DNA of 64,000 bases from Piromyces finnis finn (GCA_002104945.1 MCFH01000038.1:186001-250000); one strand, 5' to 3'. Shown: positions 22,000 through 38,637, counted from the first letter of the stretch. The notes: generated by a model not told the origin, from the letters alone. Made by a program: numbers and translations.

Positions 22000-24900
22000 T
22001 AATTATGTTAAATATAAACAATTAGTTAAAAAAATATATTCACCCCTTATTGGGGTCGTTGAATCAAAGGATGTCGAAGAATTATTTAATGAATGTAATT
22101 TCCATTCCATAGTCGAGTTTTTAACACCTTATGGACACTCCATAAAACCCATAGGAAGACAATGTAATCTATATAAAATATTAATATTTTTTGATAAACA
22201 ATTTTATAAATTCGTAATATTTCTAACTTAAAATATTATGAAATTTAAAAAACTAAAACTTCATTAAAAGTTAATTATCAAGATGCTCAAGGACAAACAG
22301 TATCTTTAAATGATTTTTCTTTAAGATTTGTTGATTTTAATAATTTAAGAGAACAAAATTATGCCAATATTGATAAAGTGGCATTAAAATTATTAAATAA
22401 GTATAAGGATGTTGATAATAATATAGATCTTATAAAAAACATAAACCCATATGAAGGGCCAAATGATAATATTATGGATGATATTGAAGGTATGCACAAT
22501 TATTAATTTAATAATTAATAACTTTTATTATATATTTATATAATATAAATTTCATAATTTGACAAAGAAAATACACCATGGTTTAGAGAATATAAAAATA
22601 TTGTAAATAATGTGGTATCAGTATCTGAGCATGAATCCTTCGATCATCCACTTGCATGTAAATATTCTATACTAAATAATTCAATAATTTATTATAAAAT
22701 ATTTTAAACATTTGATAGATATTCTTTTAAATAATATATATTCTAATTTATATTGTTTATTCTATCGTTATTATTATATTTTTAAGCATTTATATTTGTA
22801 TCTACTAATAATAAAAATCCATTAAGTACTTTTGAACAATTACAAAAAGCAATCGATTCTCATCCTATTTTTAAAACAGAATATGTTGACCCAAATATTA
22901 TTAAACATTATATATTAATTCATGATAAGAGAGCAACCTCGGATAAAGAGTAAATTTAACTATTACTTATAAATCAATAATTTATATTACAATTAAATAC
23001 AATTTTGATTAATTTTATTAATTCTATTAAAATATATAATACTGTTATATTTTTTAAAAAAATCTCAGAGTTGAAAATTTAAAATCTCAAATGAAAAAAT
23101 TATTTGGATTACAATTTGATATATTACCATTTGATTTTAAAGGAGAAGAGGAAAATGAAAATTCTGATAAACCAGTAGAAAAGTTTTGGACTGAATCAAT
23201 GGTGACACAGGATTATTTAAATATATTACTTCCAAAAAATCTTAATAATTCCGGTGGTGAAGATTCACCAGTTTTAATAAATTCACCTACAAATAATGAA
23301 GGTTTATTAATTTTTAAGGATGTTGATAAAAATAGTAAATATATTGAACAAGCAGAATTAATAGATTATGGTAAAAAAATTAGCTCTTCTGATAATATTA
23401 GTACAAAAACATTTTTAAGTGATTTTGTTGCTTTAACTTTATTACCATTCATGGAGAGAAATATTCATCATTTAAATGAACAAGTAAGATTATAACAGAT
23501 AAATAGTTTTGAAAATTAATAGAATATTATTTTTTTTTATTAATCAATATATAAAAATATAAAAAATCAATAATATACTTAAAAAGGTGGCTAGTGCAAG
23601 AAGAGGTATTAATCGTTTTTTCAATGCTGGTAGAAAGTATTTTGGTAACAGTAGCAAACAAATTCAACAAAGAAATATTATTGGTTCTATTGATGGATTA
23701 AATAGGTACATAAAAATATACACAATAAATGTAGTGTATGCTTAAAGAATACTCACATACTTTTTTTTTTTTTTTTTTTTTTTATAAATATTGTACAATT
23801 TAATCATTTTTTAAATTCATTTAGATATTCATATCAATCAGCAGAAGCACAAATGAGAAAATTAGCAGATTTATCGTTTATGCTTTGTGATTATAAATTT
23901 GCTTATTCAGTGTATGATAATGTTAAAAAGGACTTTAATAGTCATGACCAAGACAGAAAGTATTATGCAGGAACACAGGTAGATTTAATTATTATAATAA
24001 TTGAAATATAAAAATGATCAATAAACATACCATAATAATAATATAAAATATTTATTTTTTAATTATAATAAGGGAATGATTGTTCTCTGTCTATTAATGT
24101 ATAATTCAGTAAAATTAAACATTGATACAATAATGGAGAATTCAGTAATAAATTATATGAAATGCAAATCACATTTCTATGCTCAGAAAGCAACGTTTAC
24201 TTATATTTTTTTATTAAAACAATTAAATCAATATAAAAAAATATCTCAAGCTTTTTTAAGGATAACAACAGATGTAATTATTTTAATGAATTAATATACT
24301 AGTTTATTGCATTTTATTTTTTAATTGTTAATATTTCCATTTTTTTTTTTTTTTTTAAAAAAAAGGATTCAAATGTACTTAGTGGTTTATTCTTAGAACA
24401 AACAAGTTATTGTTATCTTAAATTAAACCCTAAAATGATAAGAAAATATGCATTCCATTTAATTCTTGCTGGTCATAGATATAGCAGATGTGGCAATGTA
24501 ATTATTTATATATTGGTTTTATTTTATTAATTGTCAAATATATTTATTCATCTTTTTTTTTTTTTTTTTTTTTTTTTTCTTTTTTAATAAATAGAGGAAT
24601 CATGCCTATAGATGCTATTTTACTGCTCAAAAGAATTTCAAAGATAAGAATTGGTCATTAATTGATGATCATATTAATTTTACATTGGGTAGACAAGCAT
24701 TCCATTTAGCTGATTTAGATACAACTGTGGAATACTTTTTAAAATTATTGTATGGAAGTAAGCAATCTGCTAATCAACAAAATGCTTACATGAAAGAATT
24801 TTTATATATTTATAAGGTAAATAGAATGGTTTTAAAGATAGAGGGATTTAATACATTAAAAAATAACAATTATTATATGTCTAATAAATAAATAATTTAT

Positions 24901-26083
24901 ATGGAAACAATCAAATATTTTATATTATTAATTATCATGGTTATGATTATCTATAATTCAGCAATATATTGAACATAAAAATCCAGAAGACAGCAAAAAT
25001 CACAAAGATATTATTACTCTTTCTATTCCTCAAGTAGATGATAAATCAATAAAAGTTCATTTATTTGATGTTTCTGAGAATCAAGGTGAAGATCATCTTG
25101 TTACTGGTAATCATCAACTTGATGAAGAATGGAAAGCATTAGATAATTTAGTGTCTTTAGAAAACCGTAATAAAAACTTTACAAGTTTTGATAACAATCA
25201 AAATACATGTACTATTGGAGGTATAATATAGTATTTATATAATATTCTATTTTTTTTTTTTTTTTTTTTTATAAAGTTATATATTATTGAAACCAATGTT
25301 TTAAATATTAATAATATTATTTATTATTTATATAATAAAGAACCAATATATGTTGTAATTACTATACGTAATCCAATGAAAATTCCACTAGAATTAGATA
25401 AAATTATATTAGATTGTGAATTGACACCAACCAATGAAGAAGCCGCTCAATCTATTGATTCATCATACAAAAATGACAACAATTATTTACATTATCCAAA
25501 TTATTCCTTACAACAAATTGATCACTTAAGTTTTAATCCAAATTCCGAAGAAAAAGTAATTTATTATTTTATTATATATTATCCATAATATTTTATATAT
25601 ATATATATATATTTTTTTTTAAAGTTTGATTGTTATGAAATGCAGATATTAATAAAATTATACTTTATGTAAAATTCAATAGATAAAAATTGTTGTCATT
25701 CCAAAAGTTGAAGGTATATTAAAAATACAAGGTATCAAATATTTCCTATTTGATTTAGTAAAAGCTGTTCATCCATTCAAAAGAAAAGGTAAAAGATTAA
25801 ATGATACCAAGGAACAAAGAATGAATGTAATGTATGCTGAAGATAAATCATTAGTATTTACAGTAACTCCACCAATGCCATTACTAGATGTTGTTTTTCA
25901 TTCTAAACCATCAACAGTATATGCAGGAGAAACAGCAAAGATTATACTTGAAATAAATAATAAAGGAAATTGTACACTAAAAAACTTGAAATTAATTATG
26001 AACCAGAATTCATTTGTTTATGTTGGTTCACCTGAGATGATTAATAATGAATTATATGGTAACATGTTTATTACATTATTATT

Positions 26084-26174
<91 letters not shown>

Positions 26175-28353
26175 GCATTATCATATAATTAAATAATTTA
26201 TTTCTAAACTAACATCATTTTTTTAAAAAAAATTACAATTTATAGATATAACTAATAATGATAATTTATTAGAAAACAATAAAATAAATAACAAATTATC
26301 AGAACAAAATGTATTTGATATATTACTACCATCATTAAATGATGGAACAAGAGGCTTAGAATCAGGAAAAACCACATTAATTCCTATATGGATTCATTTC
26401 AGTCAAATTGGAAAAATCTCTCAAAGATTTTTATTCAATTACTATTCAGAGGTATAATCTAGCTCCTAATTTTTACAATAGTTCAAAATTTATTCACCAT
26501 AAGACTCTAAAATATAATATTTTTAATTTTTATTTTATTAGGTTAATGGTCAATCCTATTCAAGAAATTTAAAATATATGATTAATATTCAAGTATTACC
26601 ATCATTAAGAATAAATGCTTTTACTCGTAAAAGTACATCCAAATTAAATGAATTCATTTTAGGAATAGAAGTAAATTTCAATTTAATAAGCTTAATTTTA
26701 ATGTAAAAAAAAAAAAAGTTAATAATATTCATTATTCTATATATCAGGTTGAAAATCTTCTTCATGATACAACTATTAATCTTCAACAAATTTCTATAAA
26801 TAGTCCAATATGGAAAATAAAGAATATAATGACTAATTTGTAAGATATAAATATATAATTTTTTTTTATTAGAAATTAAAATTTTTTATAACTTATTCAT
26901 TTATTTACTCATATATTCTTATATATTTATTTATTTCCTTAAACTAATAGATCCCAAGAAGATGACTATATAATTGAACCTCATCAAATATCATTAGTTT
27001 ATTATAAATTAATTCAATTAACTGATAATGAAAAGGTTGAATCCGACAATGTTTTACCCGAATTTTATTCTTGTCAAAGAATTGAAAACTTTTTATTAGG
27101 TGAAAAAAATAAGGAAGAAGATCACAACATTATAATTTATTCTGATCATGTAAAATGTGTAAGTTTTTTTTATATATAAATAATTTGAAAGAATAATAAT
27201 AATAAAAAAAAAAGTACTTAATAAGAATATTATAATTTTAAATGATTCTATATGTAATAATATAATTTTTATTTTATAATAATATAAAGCGTAATAGTTC
27301 ATTGATTTTAATGAAGAATGAAGGATTGAAATATTTTGTATTAAAATCAAAGTATGGTTGGAGAATGGAAAAATTACTTAGTCAATATCCATATATACCC
27401 AAAAAGGATCTTCCTGATCTTTTTACTCTCTATCAAACAGATGATGTCGATTTATTAATTTTTTGGGAAAATACAAATACTAAAACTAAAAGCTATCAAT
27501 TTATTCCAGGTATTAATTTGGGAATACAACAATCTCCATTACAATACTCTATCAAATTTAAGGATAATGCTTCTAAATCTGTTAATATGATTACGTCAAA
27601 AGCCCTCTTTTCACAGACAGCCCAAAAAAAGAAAGAATTATTAAACAGCTTATTAAATAATAAAAACATTAGAGATTGTAGTCCATTAAGAATCAATCTT
27701 AAATCCAAAAATATTATTTATCATGATTTCAGCCAAAGCAAGTAAGTATTTTTCCGATGAAAATTCAATTTATAGTTTGAAAAATAGAGACATTTATTTA
27801 ATTTATATATATATGTATATAAATGTTAACTTTTTTTTTTTATAGAACTTGTGTAGTTCCTGTCACATTATGCATAAAAAATTGTTCCTATAATAAAGTA
27901 GCTTATTTCAAAATTAATATGAACAATAAAAAAGTACAATCGGAGAGGTATTTAAGTTTTTGATTTTCTTTTAAAAAAAAAAAAAAAAACCATTTCAATA
28001 TTTATTGAAACTAAAATATTAATTCTATTATTATTTAAAAAATTATGTAATTATTAATTCATAGTTATGATCATGATAATATCGAAGAATTTATTTGGAT
28101 TGGTAAGGTTTCATCAAATGGTTTCTTAAAACCTAATGAAGAAAAAGTATTAGAGTTTAAAGCTGCTATATCAAAATATGGTGTCTATAATTTAAATAAA
28201 TGGAATATTAAGGTGAAAACTCAACATTACATTCCTGATATGGCATTAACTACTGAAGATATTGTATTTGACGAGTCGAATATAAAGGATACAGAAAATC
28301 TGTATATACAAAGTTCAACAAACGTCTACAATGTTAACATAATCAATAAATAA
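22000..28353 (+). CDS. TRS85: TRAPPIII subunit Trs85/TRAPPC8, multi-exon (start codon not resolved)
   Basis: Exon translations include YSPLIGV...FLTPYG, HESFDHPLAC, MRKLADLSFML.DYKFA, RKYAFHLILAGHRY and LGRQAFHL. Confidence 0.85.
26085..26173. repeat. (AAT)n microsatellite in a TRS85 intron
   Basis: Seen directly, about 29 units. Confidence 0.95.
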
Positions 28354-29657
28354 TCACCATAATTTCAAGTTAATCAATCTAAGCATTTTTTTATTTTTAA
28401 AAAAAAAGAAAGAAAGAAAAAAAAAAGGAATTTTATATTTTATATTAATACTATTTGTTTTATATTAATATCTATTCTAATTCTAAACTACGAATATTAA
28501 CATTAATATAAAAATAAAAATAAAAAAAAATACATTAGCATTAAATATATATATATTTAATTTTTATGTATTATTATTAGCAGCAATTTATTATTTTAGT
28601 AGTTAACAAAAATACATTATAAAAGATAAAATTTGAAAGGATTAACTTTTTTTTTATTTTTTCTTTTTATAATAAAGAAAAAAATATATATCTAAAAAAA
28701 ATAAGAAATACAAATAAATCAATATAAAATAAATAAATCATAAAATAAAATCAATAATACTTTTATAAGAATAAAATTTTTTTAATATAGCATAAATTCA
28801 TTTTTTTAAAAAGGTACAATGAAACTTTTTTATTTCATGGATGATCCCTATCTATTTTATTTTATCTACATAATGTAAATTAATATATTTTATGTACGGT
28901 AAATGTAATTAAAATAAAATGTTTGGAATCCATAAAATTTTCCACATCATTAATATTACATTTATTTCTAATATAATTAAATATATTATAATTGATATAT
29001 AAGAGTCAATTAAACCGACCGAAAAATGTGGCTACATAATTTATACTAATTTTAATTTTAATATTTCAATAAAAAAGTTAAAAGGCTCTTTAAAAAAAAA
29101 AAAAAGAAAATTTAAATATTATTCTATTAAATATATAATTTTTTTTTTTTTGTAAAAAGAAGAAAATATATAATAAAATTTTAAAAAAAAATTGTTAAAA
29201 AGAAAAGCTTTTTCTTTTTTCTTTCTTTTAAAAAAAACATCTGTAAGGGTTTTTAGTGCTTCATGTCAAATATTATTTAAAAATATATATTTTTTTAATT
29301 TTTCTCTTTTCCATATATGGTTATTTTAAATAAAATTTATTATTAATTTATTGATTTAATTAAAAAAAAAAATTTTTTTTTTAAAAGTTATTGAAGTTTG
29401 TTAAAAAAAAAAAAAAAGTAAAGATTTAATAAACTTAAGAAAAATAAAAAACAATTCGATATAACATATAAAGAAAAGTTAATAATTTCTTTATATTTGC
29501 TGAATAATAACTGAAGTGAAAATAATTAGATATTAACATTGGTAAAACAATTCTAAAAGAAACAATTTTTTATATAATTTACTTTTGTTTATTTATTATA
29601 AAGAAATAAACAAATATAAAAACTGGAATAAAGAATAATAAATATAGTATTTGTATA

Positions 29658-30501
29658 ATGAGCAATTATAAAGAAAGGTATAATAAATATAATAGGTGAT
29701 AAACTGTAAATAAGTTATTATTAACTTTAAATTTTTATCATTTTTAAATTGTTAATCCAATATAATAAAATAAAATAAAATATCATTCCAAAGATTGGAA
29801 TTATTTGAAAATATTTTAAATCATAAAGTTGACTATTCAATTAAAGACTTTAGAAAATTATGTTTTAAAGGTACATTTAATTAATATTAATATTAATAAT
29901 TTGTAAAAAAAGAAAAAAAAATACCGAAGAAAAAGTTTTTTATTAACAAAAATATAAGCAAAACACAAACACAATTTAATACAAAGTAATTAAACTAAAT
30001 AAATATTTTTTTTTATATAAAAAGGTATTCCGGAGAATGCACATGTTAAAGCAACATCATGGAAGGTATAATACTTATTATGAATGTTTATATATAAATC
30101 CAATTTCTATATATATATATATATATATAATTAAAAAAAGAAAAAAGAAAAAAAAAAAGAATTTATAATTACTTATAATAATTTATATTAAATTTATTCA
30201 TATTAAAAATATTAAAAATTTCTTCAATATACATAAAGATATTGTTAAATTATATATCACTTGATGAATATGATGAATGGGAAACCAAGAAGAATGAAAA
30301 AAGAAAGTCATACTATGAATTTGTTAAAGAATTAATTATTGAACCATCTTGGGAAGAAATTATTAATGCAAAAAAGGAGATTGTTGCTGTTGAAGACCAT
30401 GTAATTTTTTTTTTCTTTTTTGAAAAAAATAGTTGAATATTTAATATTAGATAATTCAATTTTTATTTTTAATAAAAAAGTGAAAATTAATAGTATTATT
30501 A

Positions 30502-30541
<40 letters not shown>

Positions 30542-33500
30542 AAAGCCATTGAATGAAGCACCTACTTCAAAATGGACAACATATTTTTCAGAATTAACAG
30601 TTCTTGAACAAATTGATAAAGATTCCAGAAGAACATTACCGGACTTGGGTTTTTTCCAAAATCCTATAGTTTATAATAGTGAAATTATTGAAGGTATAGC
30701 AAATTTAATAATAATAACAAAGAACTTTCTATATTCTTATATTGAAAATATATTAATGGATATTTTCAATATATAATTAATATCATTACCTAATTTAAAT
30801 AGAAAATAAGAAATTAGGAAATGTTGAACCATTTTTAGGGATTCCAATTTCTAAAAGACGTTCATTATTTTCCAGATTAGAACATAAAATTAAAGATGAT
30901 GATTTTGGAGCACGTTCTCATAAAATGTCATTAAATACTAGTAATAGTCAAACTAATGTAATAGAAAATAATGTGGAATATGATTTACATTGGGAAGCAC
31001 TTGAAAGAATATTATTTATTTATGCTAAATTAAATCCTGGAATTGGTTATATTCAAGGAATGAATGAAATTTTAGGACCTATATATTATGTTTTAGCCAA
31101 TGATATTGGAATTGATCAATGTAAATATCAATATATCTAGTATTAAATCATAAAATCTTTTTTAATATACTTTTATTATTTATTACTAATGATAATCTTG
31201 CATAATCTAATAATATTATACAATTACTTAATTATTATACTATTATCGAACATTCATAACGCTATATACAATAACATTTTATTTAAAATAACCCTATTCA
31301 TCAAAAAACATCAAAAATCCATCAATTTTCGATAACATTTTATATTTTATTCTAAATATTTTTTTTCATCGAAATATCTTTTTTCAACTATTTATAATAT
31401 TATATACATTATTTATCATTAAATGTCATTGTTTTGATATAATTTATTGGAAAATTTCAGTACATGCTGAAGCCGATTCCTTTTATTTATTTACCAGCTT
31501 AATGTCAATATTTAGAGATCATTTTATTAGAAATCTAGATAGCGTTGGTGTAAAATCACGTGTGGTTAAAAATGAAATGACGATGGAAAATCTTGTAAAA
31601 TTAAAACCACAAGACAAACCACAATCACAGAAATCAGTTGGTAAGAGAATTATAGGAAATGAAAATGGTATTGGACAAAGTATGTTAAGATTATATAAAC
31701 GCATTGAATTAAGAGACAGAGAAGTTTATATTCATTTGGTAACTATTAGAAGATATATATATATAATTTATATTATAGTATAGTACATTAATATATTTTA
31801 TTTTTATTTTTAAATAAATAAATAAATTATATGTATGATAAAAATCAATAAACTCAATCTATTAATTGTTACTCAATAATTACCTCCCTCTCTCCCTCCC
31901 TCCTCCAAAAAATAATAATATAATGATAAATGAAAATGCCTTTTTTTTTTTTTATTAATGATAGAGATCTAAAAAAATTTTACCAGCCTACTTTGCTTTT
32001 CGTTGGCTATCGGTTTTATTAACTCAAGAATTTAATCTTCCAGAAATAATAAGAATATGGGATTCTTTATTAAGTGATATTAATATGGATATATTTAATG
32101 AAGATCAAATGGAAAAAAGAAAGCGTGATGGAAGATTTGATTTCCTTATTGAATTATGTTGTGCTATGATTATGTAAGCAATATACTTTTATAATAATTT
32201 CCCTGACTATTTTTAATATTAATAAGGATATATTAAACTAGAATGCCTTATTTATATTGTGTATTTTTTTTTAATTTTTATTAATTTTTATTAATTTATA
32301 AATATTATGTAAATCGATGTTTAGGTGTGTACGTAAAAAAATCATTACAGAAGATACAGCGGATATTATAAAATTATTACAAGTAATGAAAAAAAAAAAA
32401 AAAAAGAATTTTATTTTTATTTATTACTCTTTAATGATACATTATACTTTTTTTCCATATAGATATATTTTTATTATGTTATATTCTATATAAATATTAA
32501 ATAATTTATTCTAGTGTTTTATTATTTTTTTAAACTATTAATATTAATATATCTTTTAATGCATTTTTTTTTTTTAATTGATATAATAAAGAATTATCCA
32601 ATACAAGATGTCAATATTGTATTACAATTAGCTTATAAAAATTTCGAAAGACCACTTCGTCCAAGAATCACTTCAGAACAAATTCAACAACGTCAAGAAT
32701 ACCTAAAGAGAAAACATCAACAACAACTTCAACAAACCAGATCAAGTGAAGTCACCAACCAAATTAAAAATTCTATTAATAGTTTAGAAAATAAACTTCA
32801 AAGTTTGGATTTTTCAAAGATGTTTAATCAAGTTTCAGAAAAATTGACTTCTATTACTAGTCCAATTACCGATAAATCTTTCTCTTATTTTGATAATGAT
32901 GATGAAATAGAAACCACCTCTAGTCATCCTAGAAATGATTCATCTGACGTCACAACAGCAACAACAACAACAACAACAACAACGAAAAAGGACGCAAATT
33001 CTTTAGTTCATGGTTCATCTAAAAATACCACTTCTATGAATTCCTCTAATCCACCACCACCTCCGAGACGATCATTTTCAACCAATAATACTAATTCACC
33101 CATCAGAAATAATCAAGGTAACAAAGTACTTCAAAAGAAAACATCCTTAACGACATTAGCTTCTAGTGGTATAGAAAATGCTAGTATAAAATTATCAGGA
33201 TGGTTTAAAACTGGATCTTCAGTTTTATCCAATGCCTTTTCCAATATTAATAATATTATCAATGATACGCCATCCAATGATACTTCTTCCAGTAGTACCA
33301 CAAGTATTGCTAATAAAAGAGCTTCAGCACCACCACGTATCAATAGAACAACGTCCAATTCAATTCAACATAAACTTTCTGATCCCAATGAAAATGTTCC
33401 TATTTTAAAAAGTTCATCAGACAAAGTCAAACCCATAAGAACTGTAAGTTCTCAACCAAAGCTAAGAAATAGAGTACCCATGGCTTCCACTTCATCCAAT

Positions 33501-33665
33501 ACTTTATCTGGTGTTGCTAGTAATGTACAAAAGTCAACTAAACCTTTAAACCCTTCGACAACTACACCAATAGAAACTAAAATCGAATCCGAATCTGTTG
33601 TTGAAGCAACTTCTACCACATCACACCCTACCTCATCTGAAAATACTACTTCCAATACAAATTAA
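29658..33665 (+). CDS. TBC-domain Rab GTPase-activating protein (TBC1D13-like), multi-exon, S/T-rich C-terminus
   Basis: QIDKDSRRT (R finger), YAKLNPGIGYIQGMNEILGPIYYV (Q finger), EADSF, and YFAFRWLSVLLTQEF..IRIWD. Confidence 0.9.
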
Positions 33666-36600
33666 ATTTCAAATAAACCAAAAAAAAAAAAAAAAAAGTT
33701 ATCGTATAATTATTTTTTTTTCCTTTTTTTTTTTTTTTTTTACCTCTATGTAGATAGGAAACTTTTAACAGATTTATAAAGTTAAACAAACCCAACTAAT
33801 TCTGATATTTTCATTAAAGGATAGTACATAAAATGAAATAGATCATTAGACATTTTTTTTTTTATTACTTTCCTCCTTCCCTTTTTAAAAATTTCTAATA
33901 CTTGTATCCCTTTGGATAAAAATAAGAATATCAACCCTAGAAAATAGATAAACAAAAGCATGACTTTCAATATTTATTGTTTTAAAAACTATAGAGTTTT
34001 AATTTCAATTGATAGATACATTTTTATAGAAAAATAACCAAATAAATAAAATAAATATTTAGAATTTTTCTTTTTCTTTTTTATAAAAAATAAATTTTTT
34101 TTTTGTTTTATACTAAATAAAAATAAAAAATTTTCAGTTTTGTTAAAATTTTTTGATGTAAAAGAAATTTTTTTTTTTAAATTAATATTTTTTCATAAAT
34201 ATTAAGGTTTTCTTATTGGCTTTTTACTTTTATTGATGGGATAGAAGGGTTAGAATAAAATGAAAAAAATGAATAAGAATTAAAATTTTAATTCATTTAA
34301 AGTTTAAGCCTTTACCCTTTCTATTTATTAGAGTGCATTATAATATATAATAATATATTGTGTCGATAGAAAAATTAAATAGAAAAAATACTGGTATTGT
34401 TTCCAACAATGCATTCTATTTATGGAAATTATCAAATAAATTAAAAAAGGCAGCAGCAATCAAGCAAAAGAGGGATTGTCTCTAGTATTTTAGTATAGTC
34501 AATCCTATATAGATATAATTATTAATTATTATTTTATAGAATAAATATAAAGAAAAAAAAAAAGATCAAAAAGTATATATATAATATATATAATATAGCA
34601 TTGCTATTTCATCTTTTCATAAAAAAGTAGTCTTAATACAATTTTATGAAAGAGAATATATACTTCTTTGATTGTATTTTATAATTTTTAACATGAAATA
34701 AAACTATAATTGGATAAACATTAGGGTTAGTATTACATCATAATTATATTTAACTCTTATATATATTGTATAAAAATTATAATAGCATATATAATAATAA
34801 TTTTTTTTTTTTTTTTTAACTTCCGAGTGCATTTCTCCCCATCGATCAGAGTTAGCTCCAATGGTGGTTCTTAGAGAAACGTTGGCTATATAATAATAAT
34901 TATAATAATAATATGTATATTATTATTATTATTTTATTATAAAATATCTACTCTACGCTATACTATTTAATATTACAATGTTTTTCTATGTTTTAAGAGT
35001 TAACCCTAGGTATTCCTTTCTTTATGTTTGCTTTATTTATACACACCACTCTAATGTCTTTGTTATTACTACAAAAACATAATAATACTTGTACCTAAAA
35101 ATGTTTACTTTTCAATTAATACTTTACACACTTTGCAGGAATATTGATTATAAAATTTTTAAAGTTTAAAAACCTTTTTTTTATTATTTATATTATTCAT
35201 CATTTGAGTAATATTTACTCATTATAATAATAAATAATACTATTATTAATAATATAAACTTATACTAATGTTACTATTACTAATGCTACTACAAATAATA
35301 CTAATAATAAATATAACTATATTCAATAATATAACATATATTATTATAATAAAAGTAGACCTAGAAATAGAAATACCTTTCATTTATTTATAAAAGAATG
35401 TAGTAAAAAGTTTTTTTTTTAAATGAGTACAAAAATGATAATTTACTGGAAGCCTATTGGATAGTTGAATCTTTCATCCTATTAAAAGTTCAAACTTTAA
35501 TTACTATTAAAAACAACTTTTGTACATAAAAATAATAATTAATGTAAATGTAGTATACATTTATAAACAAAAACAATGAAATTATCAAAATGATCTATTA
35601 AAATGACATATAGGATAAATTACTAATTTTTATTACTAATAAGATAATATTTATCATCAGACATTGCTTCTATTAAATAGTAGTAATGACAACTATGAAA
35701 AGTAATATTAATACTAATAATGATTTATAATGAATATACTATTTTTTTTTTTGCATTGCAATACTACCTACTCTAGAGTGAAATAGTTTTTTTAAAATAG
35801 TATAAATAGCTTAATTCATATAATTCTATAGAATTTTAAAACTTAACCATCTTTTATCTTTACGATCTAAAAATCATATATAATAAATATATTAATGTCA
35901 ATTTAAGTTATATATTATCATCCACTATTAATATATAAATTTTTCCGCATATATTATATTACTTTTAATTTATTGGTTTAAAAATTATGGTTGAAATCAT
36001 TAAAAATAACAATATATTATGTGTATAATAAAATTATATTATATAATATATAATTTATATAATTTATAAATATATTTAATTTAAATCAAATATTTATGGA
36101 AAAATTTTATTTTAATAATTATCAAAATTAATTAATATTACAAATGTGGGTTTTTTTTTTTTTTAAAAAAAACTCGTTATTGTTGTTGTTGTTGTTGTTG
36201 ATCTTTTTATATTAAAATTTTAATAAAATTTAGAAATGTAACAAAAATAATTTAGCCAGATTTTTTGGTTACTTTTTTTTTTTTTCCAAAAAATTTGATA
36301 GAAAAATGTTGTTACATGTATACAAACTATGACATAAAAAAAGGTGAAACAAATCAATGCACACACATAAACATTTTCCATTATTGTAAAATTAAAATTA
36401 TTTCAAAGGATTGAATGAATAGTAAACAAACAAAAAACATATATATTTTGTTTATTATGATCATGCAATATGGTGGAAGAATATTTTTAGCATGACAATT
36501 AAAAAAGTAAAGAGTATTGTCCTATCTAATGGCTCACTTGTTCAAAAAGAATGTTTATATAAGCTTTTTGTTGTTATTTTTGTACTTTTTTTAATCTGCA

Positions 36601-38637
36601 TCTTTTTTTTTTATCCTTTTACTAATAAGCTAAATCCAACCAAATGAATTTATTCTAATATGAATATAACAAAATTTATTAGAATGCTGTTTACTGTTTT
36701 TTTTTTTTTAAGTAACTATTTTAACTGTGTTGTTTTATTATAAAAAAAAGTTATATATAAAATCACAAAATATTCATATTATCTATAAAATTCTTTACTT
36801 TTAATATTATCATTTTCTTATAATTATAACAATCTTATAATTTAACTTTTTTTTATTATATTAAAAAAAATGATTCATAAAAGAGATTTAATATTAAAAA
36901 TTAATTGACAATATATAGAAAGAATATATTAAAATTAATTATGTTATCATTACAAATGTGGAAGAAATTAAGAAATAATACTAATAAAAAAAAAAGGACA
37001 TTTTACTTTGTTAAAATAATATATAACATGAAATAGAATTATAAAAGCATCTATTAAAGTATTTTATTCCTTTTTTCATTGCTTAATATAAAAATATTTA
37101 TTTCTACAAAACTCTTTTTTTTCTAATTCTCTTTATTACAATTTTAAGTTCTTTTTTTTTTTTTTAAACTTTAATGAAATTAATAAATTTTATTTATTAA
37201 TTAATAAAATCATCATATATAAATTAATTAATATATTAATTCAAAATATTATTTTATCATATATAAGTTATATATGACATTTGATATTATTCAAATTATA
37301 AAAAAAAATATAAAAAAAGTTAATATTCCTCATTTTTCACTTTTTTTTTTTAATCATTTTCTTTGTTAATAAAATAACTGTTTTTTACTATTATTATTTT
37401 TTAATTTTTAAACTAGATAAACTTTTAAATAATTTAATACTTGTTAATATTATATTAGAATTAATGTTTTATTTGTTAGAAAACAACTAATTATATTACT
37501 TTTATTAAAGTAAAAAGAAATTATTAATACTCATTTTATTCAGTAATAAAAAATATTGAAGAAAAAAAAATTATAATTTTTAAATATTCAATGGATAGTA
37601 TTAATAATACACAAAAAAATCAATTGATGTTATTAAAAATAAAACACAAATTATAATATTCAAGTAAAAAACTCAAATTCCCTAAAAGATATTTTAAATT
37701 AACATTCAATTTATAAAATATTATTTTTTTTTTTGAGAAAATAAAAATTTATTCAATAGTTACATTTCATATATAAACAACTCATCAATATAATAATAAA
37801 TATTAAAATATAATTATTACTAATTTTGTTTCTCCATAAAAATACATACTTTTTAAAATCTATTTTTATTAATAGTATTGTAATTTTAATTATAGTTGAT
37901 GTTTTAATAAGAAATATTTATTCCATTTAAATGTGGAGTTATTAAAACAACAATTGTAAAGTGGAATTTATTATACTATTATAGATAAGTATTAATAAAT
38001 ATCAATAAATATTAGTATATTAATAACAAAAAGGGTCACTAGAAAAATAGAGAAATTATTAATAAATTATAACAATAATATCATTATTTAAATATTAATA
38101 TTTATAGTATATAAAAAATATTAATATTTTATTCCATAGAATAAAAGAAATAAAAGAAAAATAATAATTTCGAATAACAGTATATATTCATACACTTTAA
38201 AACCTTTTTATAAATTTTATAACTAAATAGTATTATTTATATTTGTAAAGCATATATACAAAAAAATAATATTTTTAAAGTTTATATAATTTTTTTTTGA
38301 ATTATTGTAAACAAATTTTTTTTTTTTTTGGATTATTGATATACTAATATCATATATGTAGTAATTTAAAAATATTGAAATGAATACTTTTGTTAACTTT
38401 AAAAATATTTGAAAATATAAAGCTTGCAACAATATTATATCTTTTGAACTGCTTCTATAATAAATTTGATAATTAAAGTATTAGATTTTAATTTTTTTTT
38501 TTAAAAAAAGCTAATATTTTAAAATAAAGTATTACAGTATTACCTTTAGTAATTAATAAAAAAAGCAATAATATTAGACTTATTTTTTCAATTTAATAAA
38601 TTATTCATTTTTTGTTATTAATATATATATATATAAA

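Noticed and set aside
22000-33665. Adjacent Rab GEF-complex subunit (TRS85) and RabGAP (TBC) as a functional cluster
   Set aside because: Adjacency of two housekeeping genes is weak evidence without synteny data.
33930-35010. Scattered telomere-like words (aaccctag, ttagggttag, taaccctagg)
   Set aside because: Isolated 8-10-mers in mixed orientation with no tandem array, and no structure supporting a telomerase RNA.
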